DNA from: Mobula hypostoma
Lineage: Eukaryota
DNA length: 64,000 nt
Direction: 5' to 3'
Assembly: GCF_963921235.1 (NCBI RefSeq)
Contig: NC_086097.1
Coordinates: 41,046,001 to 41,110,000, forward strand
The notes beneath the pieces were generated by a model, which worked only from the letters and a program-made list of their open reading frames with translations, searched no databases and was not told where the DNA came from. Positions 13,175 to 26,139 of the stretch are shown piece after piece. Both the position numbers and the translations under genes were made by a program. Position 1 is the first letter of the stretch. Each line of letters opens with the position of its first letter.

Positions 13175-13610
13175 AAGTTAGTTTATTGTTGTCACATGTA
13201 CTGAGGTAGAGTGAAGTACATTATTTAGCATTTCATGACAACAGTGCATGAGGTACTGCTAGGAAAAACAGCAATAGCATGCAGAATGAAGTGTTACACT
13301 TACAGGGAAAGTGCAGTGAAGATGAATACTAAGATACAATGTCATAACGAGGTAGATTGTGAGGTCAAGAATCCATTTTATTGAATTAGGAAATCATTCA
13401 ATATTCCCGTAGCAATAGGATAGAAGCTGTTCTTGTGCCTTGAGCCAGGCTTTTATACTTTTTGCACATAGGCAGGGAGAGATGAGAGAATGGCCAGGGC
13501 AGGTGTGGTCTTTGATAATGTTTAACCGAGCCAGTGAGAAATGGACACAGTCTATGAAGTTGAGGCTGGTGCCCATAATATGTTGAACTATGTCCACAGC
13601 CCACTGTAGT
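13175..13610 (-). mobile_element. Rex1/Babar-like 3' fragment
   Basis: NIIKDHTCPGHSL..KYKS..KNSF-like remnants plus the tttattgttgtcacatgtactgagg tail shared with 14770. Confidence 0.6.
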
Positions 13611-14846
13611 TGTTGTTTTGATAAAAAATCTCACTGATCATGAAAGCCCTGGGAACAGAGGAAAAAAAATGGTGGTGTTTCCAGCTTAGTAGAAATGCAA
13701 TTAAAGCAGTAGTTGGTGAGTCTCATTGATCACCTCACAGAAACCATGACAAGAGAATCTTGAGAAATGCATGTTTTTAGAGCCAGGACGAAGAGTGTAT
13801 GTGAGCTGGAGGGAAGTTTTAGTTGCCTCATTGCTTGTGATAGGTTCTTTCTGTTGATAGGTTCTTTCTGTTGAAGGTGAGTGCAAACGGATCTGATGGG
13901 CTCCCAGCCCTGACTGAATGGTTGGGTGGTCATCCCTAAAGGAAATACTGCTTACATTAGTTTTAAGTGCCTTAACAGTACACTATCGATTTCTGCACAG
14001 TTCTTTACAGTTCCTGTTTCAACAGTATACTTAGAAGCAAGATCTTCTAATAACTTTAATTGTGTTTATTGTTTTCCAATGCCCATCTAAGCTTTTACTT
14101 TACAGTTACTACAAACATAGTATCTTTACATGGATTTCATTTCGCATTTTAGTTAAACAAAATGGAACTGAACGTTTTGGCAACAATTATAACTAAGCAT
14201 GTGAGATCAAAGAAAATAAGAAATCTATAATCCATTAAAATTACATCCATGACCCATGCTGCTTTGACCAAGCACAATACTGAAAGAATTACTGTAGTAA
14301 ATAACATGCCAGAAGTAGTGGTAAGGTGACTAGAAAAAGAGCCTGTAGTAACACAGTTCTAAATTAGAACTTTTCCCGTTATACACAGGTATAACCCTTT
14401 CCTATCGGATACTAGGTTTTAATGATAAATGCATCACTCTTTCTGTAGTGGTGAGATAAAATTGCTTTGTTTTGATTCATCACCACCAAAATGAAATAAT
14501 GATTACTCCATTTCCTTTTCTGAGCTAGGATTGATGTTCAAGGAAAAAAAAGAAATTACAACTTTCACAACCTACAGATATCCCAAGAGCTTTGCAGACA
14601 ATGTGGTGGTTTTGAAATGTAATCACTGTCACAGGAAACAGAGATTTAATTTGCTTTACCATGTTCTCGCAATCAGTGCTGTGATTTCTGGGGTTGCACC
14701 AAACTTCAGGATTCCTCCTGTGTTCTTCGCAAATCCACCACCTTGTCCCTTTGGTAAATTAATTGGTTTATTACTGTCACATCTACTGAGGTTCAATGAC
14801 AATCTTGTAAAACTTGGTTTTAATAAACCATCCATACAGATTGTTT

Positions 14847-15157
14847 GTGTGGCGTGTGGCCAAGTGGTTAATGCATTGGACTAGCCATCTGAACGTTGTG
14901 AGTTCGAGCCCCAGCCGAGGCAGCGTGTTGTGACCTTGAGCAAGACACTTAAACACACTCTGCTCCAGTCCAGCCAGCTGAAAATAGGTACTGGCAAAAT
15001 GCTGGGGGTTAACTTCGCGATAGACTGGCATCCTATCCGGGGGGGGGGGGGGGAGGGGTTAGTCTTGTACTCTTAGTCGCTTCACGCCATGGAAACCGGC
15101 ATATAAGGCTCAGGACAGGTTTATGAGCCTATAAGGCTCGGGACAGGCTTTAACTTA
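14847..15157 (+). mobile_element. tRNA-derived SINE (CORE/V-like central region), full length
   Basis: A box TGGCCAAGTGG, B box GTTCGAGCC, gtgaccttgagcaagacacttaa core, internal G-run; perfect 11-bp TSD ACAGATTGTTT (14836-14846 / 15158-15168). Confidence 0.9.
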
Positions 15158-15934
15158 ACAGATTGTTTAATGCATATTAAGTACATTGTGGCAGTACAAG
15201 GGAAAGGCAATAACAATGAAGAATAGTGTGTTATGGTTGCTGTGCAGACAGACAATAAGGTGCAACGGCATGACGAGGTAGATCTGAAGTCAAGCGTTTA
15301 TCTTATGGTACAAAGAGACCATCAGTAGTCTTACCAGATTTTTATATTTGTGCAGATAAACCCATTGTGTTTTCCCCAGTAATGAAAAATAATGGCATCC
15401 TGCAAATTACGGAGCTACTTAAAATGAATTTCAGAAACAGAATAACAAGACTGCATATTTAGTTCTACTGGTCAGATAAGCACTTTTAGGCTACAGTGTT
15501 TTGGACACATTTATTGGCACACTAAGGCACACTTCTGTATCGAGGACTAATCCTGGTGTTATGCTTTAGATTAGTTAGAGAACTGCAGATTGAATACCGT
15601 AATATGTGGCTGCTCAGATTGCATAGAAGGGAGCTTTAGCTTGCTGAAGGATTGGTTCCAACTACGAGGTAATGGATAGCAACATAAATGGGACAAGCTG
15701 CATGTAAGAACAGCTAGAGATAATGGTCATTCAGAAGCAGTAAATTAAACTAAAATCACGAGGTGGAGAACAAGGCAACTTTCATTTCTACCAGCAGAAT
15801 TGTGGGAGAGTGTGTGGTAGTAAGAGTGAGTGAATGGCAGTAGGGAAAACAAAGAAACATAAAAAACCAGATGCCATCACATTATAAAGACTATTTGAAA
15901 ACAGATACTAGACATTCGGGAATGTAAAACATAA

Positions 15935-16170
15935 ATCCTTCACTTCTTCACTCAGAGGGTCATTAGAGAGTGCAAGGAGCTGCCAACGCAAGTGATGTAT
16001 GTGAGCTTGATTTCAACATTTAAGAGAAATTTGGATAAATACATGGATAGTAGGGGTATGGAGGGCAATGGTCCAAGTGCAGATCAATGGGAGTAGGCAG
16101 TTTGAGTGGTTCAGCACAGACTAGATGGGCTGAAGGGCCTAGTTTTGTGCTGTACTAATGTGTTATCTAC
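15935..16170 (+). mobile_element. CR1 3' terminal fragment
   Basis: FFTQRV..EL-like coding end and the 3' hairpin gggctgaagggcct..tgtgctgtac. Confidence 0.75.
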
Positions 16171-16181
16171 TTGTAATCATA

Positions 16182-16660
16182 CAGTCAGTGACCGCTATAT
16201 TAGATACCTCTTGTACCAAATTAGGTGGCCATTGAGTGTATGCTTGTGGTCTGTGCTGAGTAGCCCATCCATTTCAAGGTTCAACACATACGTTCAGAGC
16301 TGCTCTTCTGCACACCACTGTTGTAATGCACAGTTATTTGAGATACTGTTGCCTTCCTGCCAGCTCGAACCAGTCTGGCCATTCTCCTCTGACCTCTCTC
16401 AGAACTGCTGCGAACGGGATTTTTTTTTTTGTTTGTTGCATCGTTCTCCATAAACTCTAGAGGCTGTTGTGTGTGAAAGTCCCAGGAGATCAGCAGTTTC
16501 TGAAATACTCAAACTACCCCATCTGGCACCAAGTTATTCCGTAGTCAAAGTCACTTAGATCATATTTCCTTCCCATTCTGATGTGTGGTCCAAACAAAAA
16601 ATGAACCCCTCGACCATGTCTGCATGCCTTTATCTATTGAAATGCTGCCACATAATTGGC
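16182..16660. mobile_element. Tc1/mariner-derived non-autonomous element, copy 1 (right end missing)
   Basis: Begins after TA with a CAGTGGCCACTTTATTAGGTAC-like TIR; collinear with 24579-25072. Confidence 0.7.
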
Positions 16661-17929
16661 TTTTTAGGGAAAGGTATTGTCAGGCAGAGTATTATGTTGA
16701 TATAATCAAGGAATAATTTTTCCCTGTTCTCTTAAATTGTTTCAGAATTCATGTGTCTCTTTGTGTTCTGCTCTCCTCCAGAAGTTTGGTCTCTCAGTCT
16801 ACAGCATGACTACTTGTGTTGATCAATCTCTCTGAGTCACCACCCAGTCACAAATCTTCCCACTCAGTGTATCCACCCTCACTGCTTTTTCTTTTCTGCA
16901 GATTAAAACTTGCTTTCATTTAACTTTTACCCAGTTTCTGATGAAAGGTCATCACACGCACTGAAATTGTACATATCTTTCTTTTCCTGCAGGTGATGCC
17001 TGCACTACTAAGTATTTTCAGAAAATTCCTTTATTATTAAAGTGTGCAAAAGCTACATGAAACAAATAGGCAGCAATGGGAAAATGTGATGAGTGAAGAC
17101 AGACAGCAGAAGAAGTGAGAAAGGATATAGATTTATTCATTGCTGTTAGTTTCTTAAAGCAGTATGGTTTCATTCCAATGAGGGAACAGGTGATACTTGA
17201 TTTTGATGTAAGTAATGACCTAGAAATAGTTAATCTGGTAGTAAGAGAGCATCAAGGGAGCAGTCTTAATATGGTGATGAATTCAATCAGCCTTGAAGGA
17301 GAGGAAGAAGGTCTTGGATTTAATTAAGATTAACTTTGAAAGGATGAGAGAGGATCAGGCAGAATAAGTTATCAGTTGAAATGTCTACAGTCCAACAGTG
17401 GAATTATTCTAGATATTAAATTACTGTGTTATATAAAAACATTTCTGTGTCAGGATTAATGAATACTTCCACATGCTGAGGTCCTCAGAATATTTGGGCC
17501 ATAATTCAGCAGAAATGAAAGCGTATTTGCAGATAAAGCTGAGTGTCAAGAGTGCATTTTTGTAAAGCTCAGAAAAACATCACCCAATCTGTGAAGGAGG
17601 TAGTTTGTTGATTTTAATAGAAGATTTCTTCTGCTGTAACTTTGTTCTAATCCAAGCTCCTCCCATGCAAACAAACTCTGCTGCTGACTGCATCCTACAT
17701 TAACTAAATGTGGCAGTTATTAGTCCCACTTTTGACATCTTTGCGCCTACAAGGGTCAGCAAGCCGTTGCAATCTGTGCTAATATTTTTCAGGTTGACTC
17801 TCAGCATATATTGAATGCAAAGATGCTTTAAAGAATTGTGAGAACCTGATTTTTTTATAACTGGCAATCTGAATCAGAGGTCAAGTGTGGGCGTTCACAT
17901 TTTGTAGAAGCACAAGGAAAATACAGGTA

Positions 17930-20900
17930 TAGAGACATAGAGAAGTACAACACAGAAACACACCCTTTCGCCCATCTAGTCCATGCCAAACCCATTTAAA
18001 CTGCCTACGCCCATCGACCTGCACTAGGCCATAATTCTCCATACCCCTACCACCCATGTACCTATCCAAACTTCTCTTAAACATTGAAATTGAGCTTGCA
18101 TGCACCACTTGCTCTGACAGCTCATTCCACACTCTCATTACCCTCTGAGTAAAGAAGTTTCTGCTCATGTTCCCCTTAAACTTTACACCTTTCACCCTTA
18201 ACCCATGATCTCTGCTTGTTGTCCCACCCAACCTCAGTAGAAAAAGCCTACTTGCATTTACGCTTTCTATACCTCTCATAATTTTGTATACCTCTATCAA
18301 ATCTCCTCACAATCTCCTATGTTCAAACGAATAAAGTCCTAACCTATTCAATTGTTCCTTATGATTCAGGTCCTCCAAGCCCAGCAACACCCTTGTGAAT
18401 TTTCTCTGTACCTTTTCAAATTTGTTCACATTTTTTTTGTTGATAGGTGACCAAAACCGTACATAATACTCCAAATTAGGCCTCACCAACATCTTATGCA
18501 GCCTCAACATAACATCCCATCTCCTGTACTCAATATATCGATTAATGAAGGCCAATGTGTTTTCTTTATAATGCTATCTATCTATGATGCCACTCCCAAG
18601 GAATTATGAACCTGTATTGTTTTACCGCCCTCTTTGTTCTGCTTTGTTCTACCACTCTTCTCAGTGCTGTACAGTTCACTGTGTAAGCCCCAACCTGGAA
18701 TGGTCTTGCTGAAGTGCAACACCTCGCATCTGTCTGCATGAAATTCAAGCTGCCATTTTTCCAGCTGATGGAGATCCCACTGTAAACTATGATGGCCTTC
18801 CTCAATGTTCAATACACCCTCAATCTGGGTGTCATCTGAAGATCTGCTATTCCATTTAACTACATTATCATCCAGATTATCGAAAAAGATACTAACAGAC
18901 CCAGCACTGATCACTACAGCACTTCACTCGTCACAGGCCTCCAGTCAGAGATACAACAATCTATACTGCCCTCTGGCTTATCCCACAAAGCCAATGTCTA
19001 AAACAATTTACTACCTCATCTTGAATGGCAAGCGACTGAACGTTCTTGACCAACCTCCCATGCGGAACCTTGTCAAATGCCTCACCAAAGTTCTCATTGA
19101 CCACATCCACCACCTTGCCTTCATTCACTTTCCCAGTAACTTCCTCGAAAAACCTTATACGATTGGTTAAACATGACCTACCACACATGAAGCCATACTG
19201 ACTATCCTTAATCAGTTCATGTCCATCCAAATACTTACATATTTGGTCCTTTAGAATACCTTCTAATAACTTTCCCACAACTGATGTCAGACTCACCTGC
19301 CCATATTTCCTGGTTTATGTTTAAAGCCTTTTTTTAAACAGCAGAACAACATTGGCTGTCCCCCAATGCTCTGGTACCTCACCTGTTGCTAAGAATAATT
19401 GAACTATCTCTGCAAAGGCCCTGACAATTTGCCTCCCACAGGGTCTGAGAGAACACCTTGTCAGGCCCTGGGGATTTATCCACACTGATTTGTCTCAGGA
19501 TAGCAAACACAACCTCCTCTGTAATCTGCATAGGGTCCATGAAGTCAGTGTCACTTTGCCTCACTTCTATAGATTCCGTGTCCATCTCCCAAATAAATAC
19601 GTATGCAAAGAATGCATTTAAGATTTCCACCATGGATTACCATGCTGGCCTTCCAGAGGTCCAATTTTGTCACTTGCAATCCTTTTGCACTTAGGATTTT
19701 CCTTCACCTTGTTTGCTAGAGCAACTTCATGCATTCTTTTAGCCCTCCTAATTTCTTTCTTAAGTGTTCTCTTGCATCTTTATACTCCATAAGCACCTCA
19801 TTTGTTCCCGTTTGCCTATACCTGCTTTGCATCTCCTTTTCTCTCTTAAGCCCGGCTTCAATATCTCTTGAAAACCAAGGTACCCTGAACTTGTTATCTT
19901 TACCTTTTATTCTGACAGGCACATACAAGCTTTGTACTCTCAAAGTTTTACTTTTGAAGACCTCACACTTACCAAATACACTTCCCCAGAAAACAGCCTG
20001 TCTCAATCCACACTTGCCAGATCATTTCTGATACCATCAAAATTGGCCTTTCTCCAATTTAGAATCTCAACCTGCAGACCAGACTTGTCTTTCTGCATGA
20101 TTATCTTGAAACTAATGGCGTTGTGATCGCTAGATGCAAAGTGTTTCCCTACACAAACATCTGTCACCTGCTCTGTCTCATTCCATAGTAGCAGATCCAG
20201 TATTGTACACTCTCTCTTTAGCCAGAGGTTGGTGGATTTGTGGACTTTATTACCACAGGCAGCTGTGGAGGCTAGGTCGTTGGGTATATTTAAGACGAGG
20301 TTCTTGATTGGACATGGCATCAAAGGTCATGGGGAGAAGTTCGGGGATTGGGAAGAATGGACCAACCATAATTGAATGGCAGAGCAGACCAAATGTCCTA
20401 ATTCTGCTGCTAACGGTATCGCTCGTTGGGACTTTTACGTACAGATGAAGGAAACTTACACATTTGACAAACTCTATCCCATCCAACTCTTTTACAGTAT
20501 GGGAGTCCAGTCAATATGCAGAAAGTTAAAATTGCTTACTACAATGGCATTTTCCCTGACTGGTGATGCCACCCCTCCTCCTATAATCCCTTCCACTCTA
20601 TCACGTATAAAGCTATGGATCCCTGCAATATTGAGTGGCCAGTCCTGCCCCTCCTACCACCAAGTCTCACTAATGGCTACAATATCATCATTCTGGGTGT
20701 TGATCCATGCCCTGAGCTCATCTGCCTTTCCTACAATACTTCTTGCATTGAAATATATGCAGCTCAGGACCCTAGTCACTCCATGCTCAACCTTTTCACC
20801 CCTGACTTTGTTTGAAGTCTTAGCAACACCTGACTCCACAACTTCTCCACAAGTTGTTGTGGCACTCTGGTTCCCATCCCCCCTGCAACTCTAGTATAAA

Positions 20901-22040
20901 TCATACCATGCAGCATTAATAAACCTTCCCACTGGAATATTAGTCCCCATCCAAACTTTCCCTGGAGGAGAGCCCAATGATCCAAAAATCTTATGCCCTC
21001 CCTTCTACACCAACTCCTTAGCCACATGTTAAACTGTATAATCTTCCTAGTTCTAGCCTCACTACCCCATGGCATGGGTAGCAATCCTGAGATCGCAACC
21101 CTGGGGGTCCTGTAACTTAGAACCAAACTCCCTGAACTCCCTTTCCAGAACCTCTTCACTCTTCCTACCTATGTCATTGGACAACATGGACCATGACTTC
21201 TGGCTTTTCTCCCTCCCATTTAATACTGAGGACTTGATCTGAGATGTCCTGGACCCTGGTAGTTGGGAGGCAACATACCATCCAGGAATATCATACTTGC
21301 CCACAGAACCGCCTTCCGTTCCCCTAAATAAAGAATCCCCTATCACCACAGCAAACCCCTTCATCTCCCTTCCCTTCTGAGTGACAGAGGCAGACTCAGT
21401 GCCAGAGACTCCAGCACTGTGACTTTCCTCTACTAGGTCAACCACCACCCCCTCAACAGTATCCAAAGTGCTATACCAGTTGTTGAGGGGGTTGGCCACA
21501 GGGGTACTCTGCACTGCCTCCTTAATCCCTTTCCCCTTCCTGACTGTCACCCAGTTTCCTGTGTCCAGCATGTTGGATATAACTACCTCCCTATATTTCC
21601 TATCTATCTCCCCTTCGGCCTCCTGAATGATTTGGATTTCATCCAGTTCCAAGCCCAACTCCTTAATGTGGATTGTTAGAAGCTGCAGCTAGTTGTACTA
21701 CTCACAGTTGTATTAGTCAGGAACGCTGGAAGTCTCTCAGCCTTCATACATCCCAGATGAGGAGCATTCCACTATCCTGCATGACATCTCTACTGTTCTA
21801 ATGGGCAAAAAAAGATCTACCTATAGATTTTCTCTTTTTTCTTTCTCTGACTGAAGCCTCGAAGAGCTAAAGCCTCAAAATTCTCCACTCTAACTCTGCC
21901 CACTCTGACGATGGCAGCTGCAATGATGGGCACTCCACTTGCCCTGCCTTCCTTTAATTTGTTCTTCCTAATCAATCCCTAACACCTTTTATAGTCGGTC
22001 AGCGAACCTGAGTGAAATTCCGTTCTCCCAAACAAGCAAC
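17930..22040 (-). mobile_element. Near-full-length decayed CR1 (5'UTR, esterase-type ORF1, APE-RT ORF2 with deletions)
   Basis: ORF1: AVVIGDSL.RG, LSNDIGRK, FNMWLRSWCRREG.RFLDHW (SGNH-like). ORF2: YFNARSIVGKADEL, ISETW, SDHN, DKSPGPD, SQYGF..GRSCLTN, AFDKVPH, VRPNLEY. Nested plus-strand CR1 3' piece at about 20220-20410. Confidence 0.92.
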
Positions 22041-22239
22041 GGAGTGAAACTAAAGAGATGGTATCAAGACAGAAGTGGACAAGAAATATGGATGTGTGGG
22101 AAGATGAGAAAATGAGAGGTAATACGTCAAGGAAACAAGAGAAGAGAAGGTAAAGTAAAGAGGGGGAGATGGAAAACTATTGTGGTAGAAGAGCACGGAG
22201 ATGGTAAACAAACACAAAATGTGATGGGGATAATATGTT

Positions 22240-22540
22240 TACTCAACTCTGTGCTGAATTGAGGCTGAGGCTCTGGCCTGCTCAGGGATCCATGTCTGAG
22301 GCTCTGTGATGTTTACTTGGTTCTGTGGTGAACTGAGGCTGCGGCCTGCTCCCAACTTTGTGTCTATGGACTTACTTCTATGCTCAATGATATTTATTTT
22401 TAATGTTTGCACTATTGATTTTGTTTTTTTTCCTCTCTGCACAGTGTGCATTTGACGGTCCTTTTTGGGGATCTTTTGGGCTTCTTTGTTCTTCCTGCAA
22501 GGACACAAATCACAATGTTGTATAATGTATATGTATGCTG
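22240..22540 (+). mobile_element. Non-autonomous SINE-like repeat (related copy at about 51380-51690)
   Basis: Shared ctctgtgctg..ggact..ttatt..tgca..ctctgcac..ctttgtt..ggaca.a.atc..gtt.tataatgt layout between the two copies. Confidence 0.55.
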
Positions 22541-24578
22541 GAGATCTGAATCAGAGGCTAAAGTCCAGCTGTGACTTTTTAAGAAGACAAATTGGTGGAA
22601 ATTTGCTGATGCGTAACACATGTTCTTAGAAGTGTTATTCCCAGGAGATTGAACAATAGGCACAGACTAAGTAATTCCGGGACAGTGAGGTTATCATTAA
22701 TAATAGAAACATAACTGGAGTTCATCACTGGGGACAGAATAAGTGATCACTTAGAAATCATAAACAACGTGAGAGAGGAGGAAGAGGTCTGTGAAAGGTT
22801 GCTGATGTCCAGCAGTTCATGAACAGAGATGGGGGATAGTCAAGTGGTGAATATTTCATTCATGAGTTCACAGATAAGATTCATCCAACTAAGTTCTACA
22901 GAAACGGTTTCAAACCTACACTTGGTCTGGCCTCAGGGAGTGGAAGGAAAGCTGGTGAGAGGCAAGAGCACAAAAGGAATCCCAAGGCTCTTGGCAAAGG
23001 GTCTCTGATTTTTACTACTTTCTTCCAAGCTCATGGAAACACATTCAAGTTTGTTAATTATGTTTTGCAAATATAAAAAAGGAAGATCAGAACCGAAGGA
23101 GATCAATGTTAAATGATCATTTAAGAGTCAAAGAGGAGACTCTAAAGAAATTTCCTTCCTGAGAGAATGTTGAGATTGTGGATTCACTGCCATGGAAGTA
23201 GTTGAAATAGAATTTAATACAGTTAAAGGAAGTTTTGACAAGTGAGGGAGAAGCGAATGGACAGTGAAAATAGTGACGTTAGAAAAAAGTGAGCGGAGTT
23301 AAAATTAGCATGAATTAGTTAGGTAGCCCGGCTTCGTTGTTATATTCTAAAGGAAAAGACTAAAACCTCCAAAGGACAGTGCGATAGTAATGACAGAGAG
23401 AGAATGACAATCACTGTCATTATTCTGTAGAACAAACAAGGTTCTAGGGATTTCCCGTAGCTGCTATTGCTGAAGTAGCACTGTTCAATGGACTATGCTA
23501 TCTGCAATTGATTAAGCAAAATTATTTTAATTACGATTTTTGATATCTGGTCATTTATGAATGCCAGTGAGTATTGCAGTTGCACTAACGTGTGGTACAT
23601 TTTCTCTTCTTGAGGCTAATGTTAGACTAATGGTATAGGCTTGCATGCCATTTGGGGCTTGTCTAGTGGCATGCAGTTCCCGTCAGACATGCTTCTGTTT
23701 ACAGCCAAATATGTATTTCTCGTTGGAGTCCATGATTGAGAGGGAGTGCCACTCTGTCTCATCTCCTGCTGTGGCCACACAAGTCTTTGAAGTACGGTTC
23801 TGGACACCATAATCTCTTGCCATCAGAAATTTGCCATCTTTGCTCCTACAGAGGTCAGCAGGCCACTGCAATCTGTGCTAATATTTTGCAGGTTGGCTTT
23901 GTAGCATATGCTGAGTGCAAAGAAACTTTATAGAGTTGTCTGATTTTTGATACTTTGTTGTATTGCCTCTGAATATTGTTCAACATCAATAGAAAAATAT
24001 TTAGTTAGAAACTTTATCCTTGTTTCTTACCTCATAAACAACAATGTAGAAGACCCTGCAATGGAATACATTCGGACTACTGCAGCTGAGGAAATAATAA
24101 GGCAGTAATTAGGTGTGAGAGAAGAGAACAGAGTTCTTGAGAGAGACTGATAATGATTCTAGGCAAATGGCAGGGCAGATATGCTGGCAAACTGGAACAG
24201 CATGCAGGTTGCAGGAATTTGCTTTGTATGTGGAATAGTTAGTGGAGATCATTGTCATGGTCCATGAAAGCAAAAGGAGTTGTACTACTGATTATGACAG
24301 AGACATTCTGTACAATAGCTAGTACTATAAAACAGAGCAGCAGTCTACTATGGAAAAATTGGAAGAGCTTTGAAGAGGTTATTTTAATTTAGCACTCTTC
24401 AGTGAAGGGTGTTGTCAGTTACACAGGATATGTGATAGTGGGCAAGGACACGCTGCCAACACAGCGTATTAGTTGGGCAGAGATGTGTGTAGATATCTGG
24501 CTAATGAACGGTTATATGTACGAAATTTGTTATATAATGATGGTTATAACACTACTGGAGAAAGCAATATGTTAAGTA

Positions 24579-25072
24579 TTCAGTGGCCACTTTATTAGGT
24601 ACTTCCTATACCTAATACGGTCATTACTGATTGCCTGTTCATGGTCTTCTGCTGCCATAGCCCATCCACTTGAAGGTTCAGCGTACTGTGAGGTCAGAGA
24701 TGCTCTCCTGCACACCACTGTAATAAAACGTGGTTAGCTGAGTTATTGTAACCTTCCTGTCAACTTGAACCAGTCTGGCCATTCTCCTCTGACCGCTCTC
24801 ACTTACAAGGTATTTTCACCTACAGAACTACCCCCACTGGATGTTTTTTATACTGCTTTTCACTCCATACTCTGTAAACTCCAGATACTGTTGTGTGTGA
24901 AAATCCCAAGACACAAGCAGTTTCTGAGATATTCAAACCACCCTGTCTGACACCAACAATCATTTGACGATCAAAGTCACAAAGCTATTTCTTCCCTACT
25001 CTGACGTTTGGTTGAACAACAACTGAACCTATTGATGTCTGCATACTTTACTGCATTGAGATGCTACCACAT
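24579..25072. mobile_element. Tc1/mariner-derived non-autonomous element, copy 2 (cut by CR1)
   Basis: cagtggccactttattaggtac TIR; body collinear with 16182-16660. Confidence 0.72.
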
Positions 25073-26139
25073 AGAGTCAATATGGAGAGGATGTTTCCTA
25101 TCCAGGCCTTTCACCTCTCGATAGGTTTCAATGAGGTCATCACTCATCCTTCTGAATTCTGGTGAATACAGGCCCAGAGCCATGAAATGCTCTTTATATG
25201 ACAAGGCATTCAATCCTGGAATCATTTTTGTGAACTTCCTTTGAACCCTCTCCAGTGTCAGCACATTCTTTAAAAAAAATAAGGGGTCCAAAACTGCTCA
25301 CAATACTCCAAGTGAGGCCTACCAGTCCTTTAAAAGTCTCAACTTTACATCTATGTTTTTATATTCTAGTCCTCTTGAAATGAATGTTAACATTGCATTC
25401 CCTTCCTCACCACAGACTCAACCTGCAAATTAAGCTTTAGTGAATCCTGCGCAGGGACACCCAAATCCCTTTGTGCCTCAGATTTTTTTTATTGTCTCTC
25501 CATTTAGAAAATAGTCAACTTTTTCATTTCTTCCACTACAGTGCATGACCATATACATCCCTTCACTGTATTCTATCTGCCACTTCTCTGCCCATTCTCA
25601 TAATCTGTCTAAATCCTTCTGTAGCCTCTCTTCCTCAAAACTACTTGCCCCTCCACCTATCTTCATGTCATCTGCAAACTTTACAACAAAGCCATCAATT
25701 CCATTATCCAAATCATTGACATATAATGTAAAAAGAATCAGTCCCAACACAGACCCTTGTGGAACACCAGTAGTCACTGGCAGCCAGTCAGAAAAGGATC
25801 CCTTTATTCCCACTCTTTGCCTCCTACCCATTAGCCACTGCTTTATACATGCTAGAATCTTTCCTGTAATGTAACATCCACCCGATATTCCTTTGTCTAT
25901 CCAGCTTGTTATGTTTTTTAAATAATTCCAACAAAATTGTCAGGCAAGACTTTCCTTAAGGAAACCATATTAACTATGGCCTATTTTGTCATGTGCCCCC
26001 AAGTACCCTGAGACCTCATCCTTAATAATCGACTCCGACATCTTCCCAACTACTGAGGTCAGACTAACTGGCCTACAGTTTCCTTTCTTCTGCCTTACTC
26101 CCTTCTTGAAATGAAATTTGCAATTTTCCAGTCTTCCAG

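Noticed and set aside
14847..14925. Possible tRNA gene (also 58095-58160)
   Set aside because: The A/B boxes continue into SINE bodies with tails or TSDs; no convincing acceptor stem or terminator.
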